Notes: generated by a model not told the origin, from the sequence alone. 32,000 bases of DNA from Geobacter sulfurreducens PCA (GCF_000007985.2 NC_002939.5:2670001-2702000), one strand, 5' to 3'. Shown: positions 1 to 7,592, counted from the first letter of the stretch. Program-made: numbers and translations.

Positions 1-679
1 ATGACGAAGGTTGAACGGCATCACGGGGCTGCTCCGGCAGGGCGTCGGCCGGCAGCCCGGCAAAGGGGGCGGCAACCGCGGCCTTGGCCTCGGCCACGGT
101 GATCGCCCGGCCCGCTTCACGAGACAGGGTGGTGACCGGGCAGCCCACGATGCCGCAGGGGTGGATGCGGCTGAAGGGGGCCAGATCGTTGCAGATGTTG
201 AGGGCGAAGCCGTGCATGGTAACCCAGCGCCGGACCCCGACCCCGATGGAGGCCAGCTTTCCCCCCTCGGTCCAGATGCCGGTCCGGCCGGCTACCCGCC
301 AGGCCTGCACGCCCAAAGACGCGGCCGCGTCCATCAGCACCTGTTCCAGAAAACGGAGGTACCGGTGCAGATCCCGGCCCCGGCATCCCAGGTCCAGGAT
401 GGGGTAGCCCACCAGCTGGCCGGGGCCGTGCCAGGTCACGTCGCCGCCCCGGTTGATCTCCACGGGGCGCACCGACGGGTCCGGAAGACTCCCGCCATCG
501 CCGCGCCGGCCCAGGGTATAGACCGGCGGATGCTCCAGCAGGAGCAGCGTCTCCTCCGCGCGGCCGGCGGCCACGTCGGCAGCGAGCCGCTCCTGGAGGG
601 CAAAGGCCTCGGCGTACTCCATGGCGGCGAGATCCACGATCTTCACGGCACCCCCCCTGCCCGGAAACCGCATCATCAT
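1..679 (-). CDS. lipB: Octanoyltransferase LipB (lipoyl/octanoyl transferase); 3' end runs off the window
   Basis: Absent from the ORF track because there is no stop codon inside the window. Manual minus-strand translation from the ATGATGATG at 679-671 gives MMMRFPGRGGAVKIVDLAAMEYAEAFALQERL..LLLLEHPPVYTLGRRG..INRGGDVTWHGPGQLVGYPILDL..GKLASIGVGVRRWVTMHGFALNI..IHPCGI. This is the typical LipB pattern (RGG-TxHGPGQ, K in KxxxIGV, HGxALN, PCG). The start overlaps the E2 stop (ATGA). Confidence 0.85.
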   Translation of the reverse strand, partial: MMMRFPGRGGAVKIVDLAAMEYAEAFALQERLAADVAAGRAEETLLLLEHPPVYTLGRRGDGGSLPDPSVRPVEINRGGDVTWHGPGQLVGYPILDLGCRGRDLHRYLRFLEQVLMDAAASLGVQAWRVAGRTGIWTEGGKLASIGVGVRRWVTMHGFALNICNDLAPFSRIHPCGIVGCPVTTLSREAGRAITVAEAKAAVAAPFAGLPADALPEQPRDAVQPSS

Positions 680-1932
680 ACCAGCATCAGCACCGGATTC
701 TCCAGCACCCTCCGCAATTCGCCCAGGAATTGGGCCGCATAGGCCCCGTCCACCACCCGATGGTCGCAGGAAAGGGTCGCCCGCATGGTCCGGGCGACCG
801 CCAGCTGCCCATCCCGCACCACGGGCCGGTCCGCCACGGCACCCACGGCCAGGATCGCTGCCTGGGGCGGCATGATCACGGCGGCAAACTCATCGATGCC
901 GTACATCCCCAGGTTCGAAACGCTGAAGGTGCCGCCGGAAATCTCCTCCTGGGTGATGGCGCCGCTCCGGGCCCGCTCGGCCAGGCGCACGGTCTGGAGG
1001 GCGATCTCCTTCAGGGCCAGCGACTGACACCCCTTCACCACCGGCACCTGCAGCCCCTCCTCCATGGCCACGGCAAAGCCGATGTTCACCTCCCGGTGAG
1101 CAACGACACCTCCGTCCCGGAACGAGGCGTTCATCCGGGGAAACTGCACCAGGGCCAGGGCGGCGGCCTTGAGCACCAGGTCGTTGTAGGTCACGGCGTT
1201 GCCGCTCCCCTTCAGTTCCCGGACGATCTCACCGGCCTCCTTCATGTCGATCTCGACGGTCTCGTAGAAATGGGGGATGGTGCGCCACGCCTCGGCCGTG
1301 ATCCGGGCGATGGCGCCCCGCATGCGCGTCATAGGCTCGGCCTCGGGCGGAGCGGGAGATTCGCCCGCAGAGACCTGCCCTGCCTGCGCCGCCGGGGGCT
1401 CCTCATTCGCCGCAACCTGATCCAGGTCCTCCATCAGAATGCGCCCCTCGGGGCCGCTCCCCCTCACCTGGTGCAGGTCGATGCCCTTCTCGCGCGCTAG
1501 GCGGCGCACGGCGGGAGAGGCCTTGGTATCGTCGCCCGGCGGCAGGGGAGCCGGCGGCGCCGATGCTTCGGGCAACTCCAGCACCCGCTCCGGGATCTCA
1601 GGCTCCGCCCCGTTCGCCGGCGCCTCCGGTGGCGGCTGCCAGTCGGCCAGCTCCGGGGGGGCGGCTGCGGCCTTCTCCGTCGGCTTAACCTCATCCGCCC
1701 CGCCGATCACGCCGATAACCGTGCCCACGTTCACCAGCTCGCCGGGCTTCACCCGCTGCTCCGCCAGAACGCCCGAGGCGAACGCCTCCAGCTCCATGGT
1801 GGCCTTGTCGGTCTCTACCTCGGCGATGATGTCGCCCCGCTCAACCCGGTCGCCCACCCCTTTCTTCCAGGCGACGAGACGGCCTTCGGTCATGGTGTCG
1901 GAGAGCTTGGGCATGGTGATGTCGGTTGCCAT
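676..1932 (-). CDS. Dihydrolipoamide acyl(acetyl)transferase, E2 component of a 2-oxoacid dehydrogenase complex
   Basis: 418-aa ORF. It has an N-terminal lipoyl domain (VETDKATMELEA), an Ala/Pro linker, an E3/E1-binding domain (ASPAVRRLAREKGIDLHQVRGSGPEGRI) and a catalytic domain with the DHRVVDG active site. Confidence 0.9.
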   Translation of the reverse strand: MATDITMPKLSDTMTEGRLVAWKKGVGDRVERGDIIAEVETDKATMELEAFASGVLAEQRVKPGELVNVGTVIGVIGGADEVKPTEKAAAAPPELADWQPPPEAPANGAEPEIPERVLELPEASAPPAPLPPGDDTKASPAVRRLAREKGIDLHQVRGSGPEGRILMEDLDQVAANEEPPAAQAGQVSAGESPAPPEAEPMTRMRGAIARITAEAWRTIPHFYETVEIDMKEAGEIVRELKGSGNAVTYNDLVLKAAALALVQFPRMNASFRDGGVVAHREVNIGFAVAMEEGLQVPVVKGCQSLALKEIALQTVRLAERARSGAITQEEISGGTFSVSNLGMYGIDEFAAVIMPPQAAILAVGAVADRPVVRDGQLAVARTMRATLSCDHRVVDGAYAAQFLGELRRVLENPVLMLV

Positions 1933-1947
1933 GAGGATATCCCTTTC

Positions 1948-2934
1948 TCAGTACGTTCCGCTCAGCGTCTCCCGCACCGCCGCGGCGATCGTCTCCGGTT
2001 GCGGAATGCAGAGCTTCTCAATCTTGCGCGAATAGGGCATGGGCACGTCGAGCCCCGACACCCGCCGCACCGGCGCCAGGAGCCGGTCAAAGCACTCCTC
2101 CGCGATGATCGCGGCCAGGTGCCCGCCCAGTCCGGCGCTCCGCCAGCACTCCTCCACCACCACGGCCCGGCCGGTCTTCTTCACCGACGCCGTAAAGGTC
2201 GCCGTATCGAGGGGGGTCAGGGTCCGCAGGTCCACCACCTCGCAGGATATCCCCTCCTTTGCCAGCTCCTCCGCCGCCTGGAGCGCCAGGATGGTCATGC
2301 GCGAATAGGCGACAATGGTCAGGTCCTTCCCCTCACGCTTCACATCCGCCTTTCCGAAGGGAATGACGGACTCCGGGTCGTCGGGCACCTCGCCCTTGCT
2401 GTTGTAGAGCAGCTCGTGCTCCAGGAACATGACCGGGTTGTCGTCGCGGATGGCCGCCTTGAGCAGCCCCCGGGCATCCGCCGGTGTGGCCGGCACCGCC
2501 ACATGGATGCCGGGGCAGTGCATGAAATAGGTTTCCAGGCTCTGGGAATGCTGGGCGCCCAACTGGCTCCCCCCGCCCCCCGGCGCCCTGACCACCATGG
2601 GGAGATAGGTCTGGCCCCCGAACATGGAGCGGATCTTGGCCATGTGGTTCACGATCTGGTCCATGGCCAGGAGCGCGAAATTCACCGTCATCAGCTCCGC
2701 CACGGGCCTCAAGCCCCCCATGGCAGCGCCCACGGCCACCCCCACGATGGAGTTCTCCGAAATGGGGGTATCCTTCACCCGCTCCTCGCCGAACTCGGCC
2801 AGCAGCCCGCGGGTCACCTTGAAGGACCCCTCGTACAGGGCCACGTCTTCCCCCCAGACCACCACCGACGGATCGCGGCGCATCTCTTCCTTCAGGGCCA
2901 GGTTCAGGGCATCGCGGTAGTTCATTTCAGGCAT
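1948..2934 (-). CDS. pdhB: 2-oxoacid (pyruvate/acetoin-type) dehydrogenase E1 component, beta subunit
   Basis: 328-aa ORF with the transketolase-like pyrimidine-binding and C-terminal domains typical of heterotetrameric E1-beta (GEDV..GSFKVT.GL...FG..RV.DTPISE). Strong SD (GGAGG) precedes the ATG at 2934. It lies 15 nt upstream of E2. The symbol is tentative; an acoB/bkdA2-type assignment is not excluded. Confidence 0.88.
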   Translation of the reverse strand: MPEMNYRDALNLALKEEMRRDPSVVVWGEDVALYEGSFKVTRGLLAEFGEERVKDTPISENSIVGVAVGAAMGGLRPVAELMTVNFALLAMDQIVNHMAKIRSMFGGQTYLPMVVRAPGGGGSQLGAQHSQSLETYFMHCPGIHVAVPATPADARGLLKAAIRDDNPVMFLEHELLYNSKGEVPDDPESVIPFGKADVKREGKDLTIVAYSRMTILALQAAEELAKEGISCEVVDLRTLTPLDTATFTASVKKTGRAVVVEECWRSAGLGGHLAAIIAEECFDRLLAPVRRVSGLDVPMPYSRKIEKLCIPQPETIAAAVRETLSGTY

Positions 2935-2974
2935 CGGAAGCCTCCGGGTTCATGATGGTGCGAGGAATGCAATC

Positions 2975-3460
2975 TCACCCGCGGTACGCAGCCTCAATTG
3001 CGGCGATGTCGATCTTTTTCATCTGCATCATCGCATCGAACGCGCGCTTGGCGGCAGCGGTATCGGGATCGGTGACCGCCTTGGTCAGGGCGATCGGCGT
3101 AATCTGCCAGGAAATTCCCCATTTGTCCTTGCACCAGCCGCATACGCTCTCCTGGCCGCCGTTGCCGACGATCGCGTTCCAGTAGCGATCCGTCTCGTCC
3201 TGGTCAACGGTTGCGACCTGAAACGAAAACGCTTCGTTGTGCGTGAACTCAGGTCCGCCATTGAGTCCGAGGCACGGGATGCCCATCACCGTAAACTCGA
3301 CCGTCAACACGTCCCCCTTCTTCCCGGACGGAAAATCTCCCGGTGCGCGGAACACCGCGCCAACGGACGAATCGGGAAAGGTCCGGGCGTAAAACCGCGC
3401 CGCGTCCTCGGCGTCGCCATCGTACCACAGGCAAATCGTGTTCTTTGCCGGCTTGTCCAT
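2975..3460 (-). CDS. VOC-family / PhnB-like protein (3-demethylubiquinone-9 methyltransferase-like fold family)
   Basis: 161-aa ORF. MDKPAKNTICLWYDGDAEDAARFY..VEFTVMGIPCLGLNGGP.F.HNEAFSFQV...QDE.DRYW..I..NGG.ES.CGWCKDKWGISWQI is the characteristic signature of this family. SD AAAGGAGA lies upstream. The stop is only 40 nt from the pdhB start. Confidence 0.8.
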   Translation of the reverse strand: MDKPAKNTICLWYDGDAEDAARFYARTFPDSSVGAVFRAPGDFPSGKKGDVLTVEFTVMGIPCLGLNGGPEFTHNEAFSFQVATVDQDETDRYWNAIVGNGGQESVCGWCKDKWGISWQITPIALTKAVTDPDTAAAKRAFDAMMQMKKIDIAAIEAAYRG

Positions 3461-3774
3461 GTCATTTCTCCTTTGGGATGAGCCACCCCGGGCCGAAGTC
3501 AGCGATGTGCCCGCAGGCGGAGGGCAGTGGCTCGGCCGCTATCACCGCGTCAACGTACGACCATAGTGTACCATTCCGGGGCGGCTTCGCTGTGCTTCGC
3601 ATGGGCGGGATGGCGGTCCAATCCGTGACCCGCTCCTGGACGTTTTGTAGCCCCGGTCGGTGAGAATCTCCAACATACACATATGAAATTTGAAGACCCC
3701 TTTCTGCTCTCCGCTTTCTCAGGTTTTTTGATTTTTGCAGCTTTGTCCCTGATTCAGTTGCTTTCAATATTTTC

Positions 3775-3803
3775 TTGCAGCGATGCCAATTAAGACCTAT
3801 ATT
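3775..3803 (+). promoter_or_regulatory. Putative sigma70-type promoter of the toxin-antitoxin operon
   Basis: TTGCAG (3775-3780), 17-nt spacer, TATATT (3798-3803). It sits about 35 nt upstream of the antitoxin ATG in an AT-rich leader. Confidence 0.45.
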
Positions 3804-3837
3804 TATACCCAAATTAAAGTCTCAAAAGAGGTTATTT

Positions 3838-4083
3838 ATGGAACGTCTTTTTGCCCGTGCCTCGGTCAGCATAAGTGACCTTAAAAAAAACCCCACCCGA
3901 ATCATTAATCAGTCCGAAGGTGAACCTGTGGCAATCCTCAACCACAACAAGCCAAGTGCATACTTAATCCCCGCCGATGCCTTCGAGGCGCTCATGGAGA
4001 AACTGGAGGATTATGAGCTTTCCCAAATTGTGAAGGAACGGGAACACGAGCCGAGTGTCAAGGTCTCCCTCGATGAGCTATAG
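3838..4083 (+). CDS. Type II antitoxin, Phd/YefM (StbD-like) family
   Basis: I take the ATG at 3838 (MERLFARASVSISDLKKNP..GEPVAILNHNKPSAYLIPADAFEALMEKLEDYEL..), preceded by AAGAGG 6 nt upstream, rather than the track start at 3775. The N-terminus is Phd/YefM-like, and the C-terminal ..VKVSLDEL tail resembles the RelB toxin-binding tail. It overlaps the toxin gene by 11 nt. Confidence 0.85.
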   Translation: MERLFARASVSISDLKKNPTRIINQSEGEPVAILNHNKPSAYLIPADAFEALMEKLEDYELSQIVKEREHEPSVKVSLDEL

Positions 4084-4363
4084 CCTCGAATTCAAGGAAT
4101 CCGCCCTGAAGGAGTGGAAAAAACTCGATGGCAGAATCCGTGAACAGTTTAAGAAGAAGCTTACCGAACGGCTTGAGCTTCCTCGCGTCGAGCCGGCCCG
4201 ACTCTCCGGCATGCCCGATTGCTACAAAATCAAGCTGAAGAACGCCGGCTACCGGCTGGTTTACCAGGTTGACGACAACCGCATCATCGTTACTGTCGTG
4301 GCTGTCGGAAAACGCGAAAACCTTACCGTTTATCGAGCGGCAGAGAAAAGGGTGAAACAGTAA
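4073..4363 (+). CDS. relE: Type II toxin RelE/StbE (ribosome-dependent mRNA interferase)
   Basis: From the ATG at 4073: MSYSLEFKESALKEWKKL...REQFKKKL.E.LE.PR.E...L.GMPDCYKIKL...GYRLVYQV.D....V.V..VGKRE. From memory this aligns along its full length with E. coli K-12 RelE (MAYFLDFDERALKEWRKL..GMPDCYKIKLRSSGYRLVYQV..VGKRE). Confidence 0.9.
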   Translation: MSYSLEFKESALKEWKKLDGRIREQFKKKLTERLELPRVEPARLSGMPDCYKIKLKNAGYRLVYQVDDNRIIVTVVAVGKRENLTVYRAAEKRVKQ

Positions 4364-4411
4364 TAAATTTCGCTCTTGAAATTTGAAGGCACCACCCTTT
4401 TCTACTCCACA

Positions 4412-4828
4412 TCAGAAATACTGACAATGATCTGCCTTAATCGCTTTCTCTTCCAAAAACCAGAGCGAATCCACAATACCATCCGCCTCCGGGATGAGCT
4501 GCGACTCGTCCACGTCGAAGGTGGCCGCTGCGAGCCGGCAACCGTAGAACCAAGCGTTGCCCGTCTTCTTAACCAGCTTGATGAAATCGTAAATCTCGAG
4601 AGGGTCACCGTCACGCCGAACCCTGTCCTTGAACCACTCTTCTTCTGCAGCATGCCGGCTATCGATCTTGACCGCCTTGGCGCCTTTCTCTGTGAGAACC
4701 CGTACCGCCCATAAGACAAATAGAATGTCGACCGCAATGCCCTTGCTCGCCGCAACATAGGCAAAGGTTAACGGCGTGTAGAGGCGATCATAGGCGTCAT
4801 CTCGAACAACAATAGCCAACCGTTTCAT
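4412..4828 (-). CDS. DsrE/DsrF/DrsH-like family protein (function unknown)
   Basis: 138-aa ORF (MKRLAIVV.DDAYDRL..PLTFAYVAASKG..VDILFVLWAV..L). It shows a small Rossmann-like DsrE-fold pattern. GGAGG SD lies upstream of the ATG at 4828. Confidence 0.6.
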   Translation of the reverse strand: MKRLAIVVRDDAYDRLYTPLTFAYVAASKGIAVDILFVLWAVRVLTEKGAKAVKIDSRHAAEEEWFKDRVRRDGDPLEIYDFIKLVKKTGNAWFYGCRLAAATFDVDESQLIPEADGIVDSLWFLEEKAIKADHCQYF

Positions 4829-4955
4829 GCTGAGCCCTCCTCTCGTCGGTCATCCGATACACCTGTTGTCACAACGAACGGACCAAATTCCGGGGAAACC
4901 TTACATATCTCATCTGGAATCAACCAAGATGCCCCCGGAATACTGCGCCAACGCA

Positions 4956-5702
4956 TCACCGCGGCATCAGCGCGAACACACCCCAGCCCAGGTATTCACG
5001 CGTGTACGAGGCGTAGCGCCCAGGCTCCGAGGTCAGTTGGGCTCGAACCTCTTTCGCCAACTCGTCGTCGGGATTGGCTTCAAGCCATCGGCGCATGGTG
5101 AGCCATTTGGCCGCCTCGTATCTGTCCCAGCCATCTTGGTCGGCCAGAACCATTTCAACGACGTCATAGCCAAGCCGGCCGAACGACGCGAGAAGTTCCG
5201 GGAGCATGAGAAAGTCGGAGGTCGAGTTGGCAAGACACCCCCTGGCAACATCTTCCGTCGGCGGCACCTGCCGCCAGTAGGGCTCGCCGATGAGGATGAT
5301 CCCCCCGGGGCGCAGGCTCCGCGCCAGCAGCTCGATAGTGCCGGCGACTCCCCCGCCGATCCACGTGGCACCGACACAGGCTGCCACACCGGCCTTGTCG
5401 TCCGACACGTAGCCGCTAGCATCGCCATGGATGAACGTGACGCGATCGGCAACGCCGAGCTCTTCGGCGCGGAGTTTCGCTTGCGCGGTGAACAACTGAC
5501 TCATATCGATGCCGGTGCCGATGATGCCGTGATCGCGTGCCCAGGTGCACAGCATCTCCCCCGAACCGCTGCCCAGGTCCAGCACTCGGGTCCCCGGTTC
5601 CAGACGCAGCGCCGCGCCGAGAGTGGTGAGCTTTTCGGGTGTAATCGGGTTATGGATGCGGTGAGCGCTTTCGGTGATGGTAAAAATCCGTGGAATGTCC
5701 AA
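4956..5702 (-). CDS. Class I SAM-dependent methyltransferase (small-molecule type, substrate unknown)
   Basis: 248-aa ORF with motif I VLDLGSGSGEM and post-I/II motifs (GIDMS.., FIHGDA). The start is TTG at 5702, preceded by AAGGAGA 9 nt upstream. No DNA-methyltransferase motifs (DPPY/NPPY, PCQ) were seen. Confidence 0.8.
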   Translation of the reverse strand: MDIPRIFTITESAHRIHNPITPEKLTTLGAALRLEPGTRVLDLGSGSGEMLCTWARDHGIIGTGIDMSQLFTAQAKLRAEELGVADRVTFIHGDASGYVSDDKAGVAACVGATWIGGGVAGTIELLARSLRPGGIILIGEPYWRQVPPTEDVARGCLANSTSDFLMLPELLASFGRLGYDVVEMVLADQDGWDRYEAAKWLTMRRWLEANPDDELAKEVRAQLTSEPGRYASYTREYLGWGVFALMPR

Positions 5703-5926
5703 TGCAGAAAATCTCCTTATGGGTGTGGATTGATTCGAAATCCCGGGGGAATTCTGGGCGGGTCAATAAACAAGGTGTCCCCCGGGTTCTGCCTGTGCCA
5801 TGTTGAGTGCTCGATTATGACCCTGAAAATGCGCTTCTACGGGTAAAAATCCTCCTGAATTGAGGTGTATTTGCTGAAATATCGGCAAGTTGACTTGGTC
5901 CGACCCGATTCACGTCGATTCGAGAG

Positions 5927-6949
5927 TTAGCTCAGTACCTTTGCGAGGTAATTAAGAAATGCCTTTGAATCTGCAAAGTAGTTAGGATAAGCGGCTTTTA
6001 GTGCATGCATTGATCCAGCTGCTACCAATACAACATCATAAGTAGAATCATTTTTTGCTGCTTTTTCTTTTTCAAGGTATGCTTTAGTAGCTTTATCTAA
6101 ATCAGCAGACGTATATTGGGTTACCATGATGGCTTGCGCAGTATCTGTTAGTTCTAGTAAGAAATAGTCAGTTCTATTGTCTTGCTTCGTCGCAACATAC
6201 TGTGTAGAGACTGCAAACGCATTTAGTCTATTGACAACGCTCAGACTATCAGCAAGTTTTTTTAAATGTAATTTGGTGTCTATTCCATCTAGGTGGTTAC
6301 CTATTGGCCTTTTTTCAAGCTTTGCAAATTCAGCGCTGGCATACATGAAAAAGTCGAGCCATTCTTTACTACCATGACTGGCTTTTAACGCTTGTCGTGT
6401 GAATATGTCCACTATTTCGACTGATGTAGCCCATGCGTGCTGTATTTTTGATCTAAGCTGAATTTCTACAAAATAATCAGAGTACGCCTTCTTTCCACCT
6501 TTATATTTATATACTAGATGTATGCCTCTATATCCTGACAACTTTGGATTTTGTATATAATCATCTTTTTTATGTAATTTGTGCCTTGTCCTACTATTAG
6601 TAATAGAGTCAGATAATTTTTCAACCATATTAACATTGTTAACTACTGCTCTACATCCACTGATATCTTGCATACGATGTAGCTTCATTTGAGGAAATCT
6701 AGATAACTTATCAAGTATCGATGGCGTCCTTTTTAGTCGCTGTACCACGATAGTATTTGCATCAATTTTACTTGATTGTGTCCTGAGAAATATCAGTAAT
6801 GCATGCATTGGATATGCATGCGCTGCCCTCCAACTTGAGAGAACATCCATAGCTGTTGACAGCTCTTGATCAGTAACTGATTCGCTGATTAATTGCTCTC
6901 CAGCTCGCATAACATCTTTCTTGGAGTAATCACAGGTTACCCATTTCAT
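5927..6949 (-). CDS. RelA/SpoT-homologue synthetase-domain protein (small alarmone synthetase / toxSAS-like) with an unassigned ~150-aa C-terminal extension
   Basis: 340-aa ORF with AGGAGA SD 7 nt upstream of the ATG at 6949. All four nucleotide-pyrophosphokinase motifs are present: RLKRTPSILDKL (aa 71-82), DISGCR (95-100), GYRGIH (139-144) and EIQLRSKIQHAWA (162-174), covering nt ~6428-6739. There is no HD hydrolase domain and no TGS/ACT domains. Confidence 0.85.
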   Translation of the reverse strand: MKWVTCDYSKKDVMRAGEQLISESVTDQELSTAMDVLSSWRAAHAYPMHALLIFLRTQSSKIDANTIVVQRLKRTPSILDKLSRFPQMKLHRMQDISGCRAVVNNVNMVEKLSDSITNSRTRHKLHKKDDYIQNPKLSGYRGIHLVYKYKGGKKAYSDYFVEIQLRSKIQHAWATSVEIVDIFTRQALKASHGSKEWLDFFMYASAEFAKLEKRPIGNHLDGIDTKLHLKKLADSLSVVNRLNAFAVSTQYVATKQDNRTDYFLLELTDTAQAIMVTQYTSADLDKATKAYLEKEKAAKNDSTYDVVLVAAGSMHALKAAYPNYFADSKAFLNYLAKVLS

Positions 6950-7014
6950 TTTAAGATCTCCTAGTTAAAGAGATAACGGTGGTGCGAATGACCTGGGAGC
7001 GAAGCGAAACAGGT

Positions 7015-7500
7015 CTATTCGTGTGTTGGATCGTCTCTTCGCGATAAGCAAAAACGTACTTCATCCTTTCGAGGTCGGCCTTTAATAAAACAGACATCAC
7101 CATTTTTCAAATCTGCCTCCCGCAACGTCAGATCATCTAAAATTTCACGATCTGCATCGTCTGTTCGTACATACAGAACAGGAATGTAAATTCTGCACAT
7201 AGCATCTATGGTATCGCCTGCAGGACCTTTCTTCAGATGATTAAGAAACAAAGCTATAAAATCCCATACCTGAAGATTCTCAGGAGCTCGCACAAAGTGT
7301 AAACCGCCATCTGTAGAGGACTCCACTCGTAGTTCAATAAATTTCAACTTTGTGAACCTATGCCGCCTGAATAGATCCAAGGCAGGAATTGTAAGGGCTG
7401 TCGTAGTTAAAATTATGAATAAATATCCATACCAACCTAGTCTTGCAAAAAATTGTGAGTTTACTCCGAAAAGTCCTATCGGCTCCAAGAGCAACCACAC
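7015..7500 (-). CDS. Small membrane protein of unknown function (N-terminal TM helices plus ~110-aa soluble C-terminal domain)
   Basis: 161-aa ORF starting at GTG 7500 with no SD. Hydrophobic stretches are WLLLEPIGLFGV and GWYGYLFIILTTTALTIPAL, followed by a charged soluble region. It shares the AT-rich composition of the RSH gene and ends 65 nt upstream of it on the same strand. The true start is probably further upstream (see 7476-7592). Confidence 0.6.
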   Translation of the reverse strand: MWLLLEPIGLFGVNSQFFARLGWYGYLFIILTTTALTIPALDLFRRHRFTKLKFIELRVESSTDGGLHFVRAPENLQVWDFIALFLNHLKKGPAGDTIDAMCRIYIPVLYVRTDDADREILDDLTLREADLKNGDVCFIKGRPRKDEVRFCLSRRDDPTHE

Positions 7501-7592
7501 AACGCCAAAACTGTCATAAATACTGAAGCTGCTTGTCTCAAAGTCAGATTAGGCAGACGTCCTAGTGTCATATGTGTAGTTTTTTTCGTCAT
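7476..7592 (-). other. 38-codon upstream ORF with a good RBS, overlapping the start of the membrane-protein ORF in the +1-relative frame; possibly the displaced 5' end of that gene
   Basis: My translation is MTKKTTHMTLGRLPNLTLRQAASVFMTVLALCGCSWSR. The ATG at 7592 is preceded by GGTGGAAGAAAGC. Adding one T to the T4 run (minus-strand ..ACAGTTTTGGCG..) would fuse it in frame to ..VFGVVWLLLEPIGLFG.. of the 161-aa ORF. Confidence 0.35.

Noticed and set aside
3343-3812. ORFs 3343-3663 (plus) and 3462-3812 (minus) in the divergent region between the VOC gene and the antitoxin.
   Set aside because: They overlap each other, have no RBS and no recognisable motifs. The minus-strand ORF spans a sharp GC-to-AT transition, which is unlikely for a real gene. 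They could be gene remnants, which is logged as a low-interest finding.
4376-4764. ORFs 4376-4714 (plus) and 4402-4764 (minus) overlapping the DsrE-like gene.
   Set aside because: These are alternative-frame or antisense readings of a region where the 4412-4828 frame has a proper SD, an ATG and a coherent fold-like sequence.
4956-5702. The methyltransferase as half of a restriction-modification or other DNA-modification defence system.
   Set aside because: No DNA N6/N4/C5 methyltransferase catalytic motifs were seen and there is no adjacent nuclease or specificity gene. The motif pattern fits small-molecule/protein class I methyltransferases.
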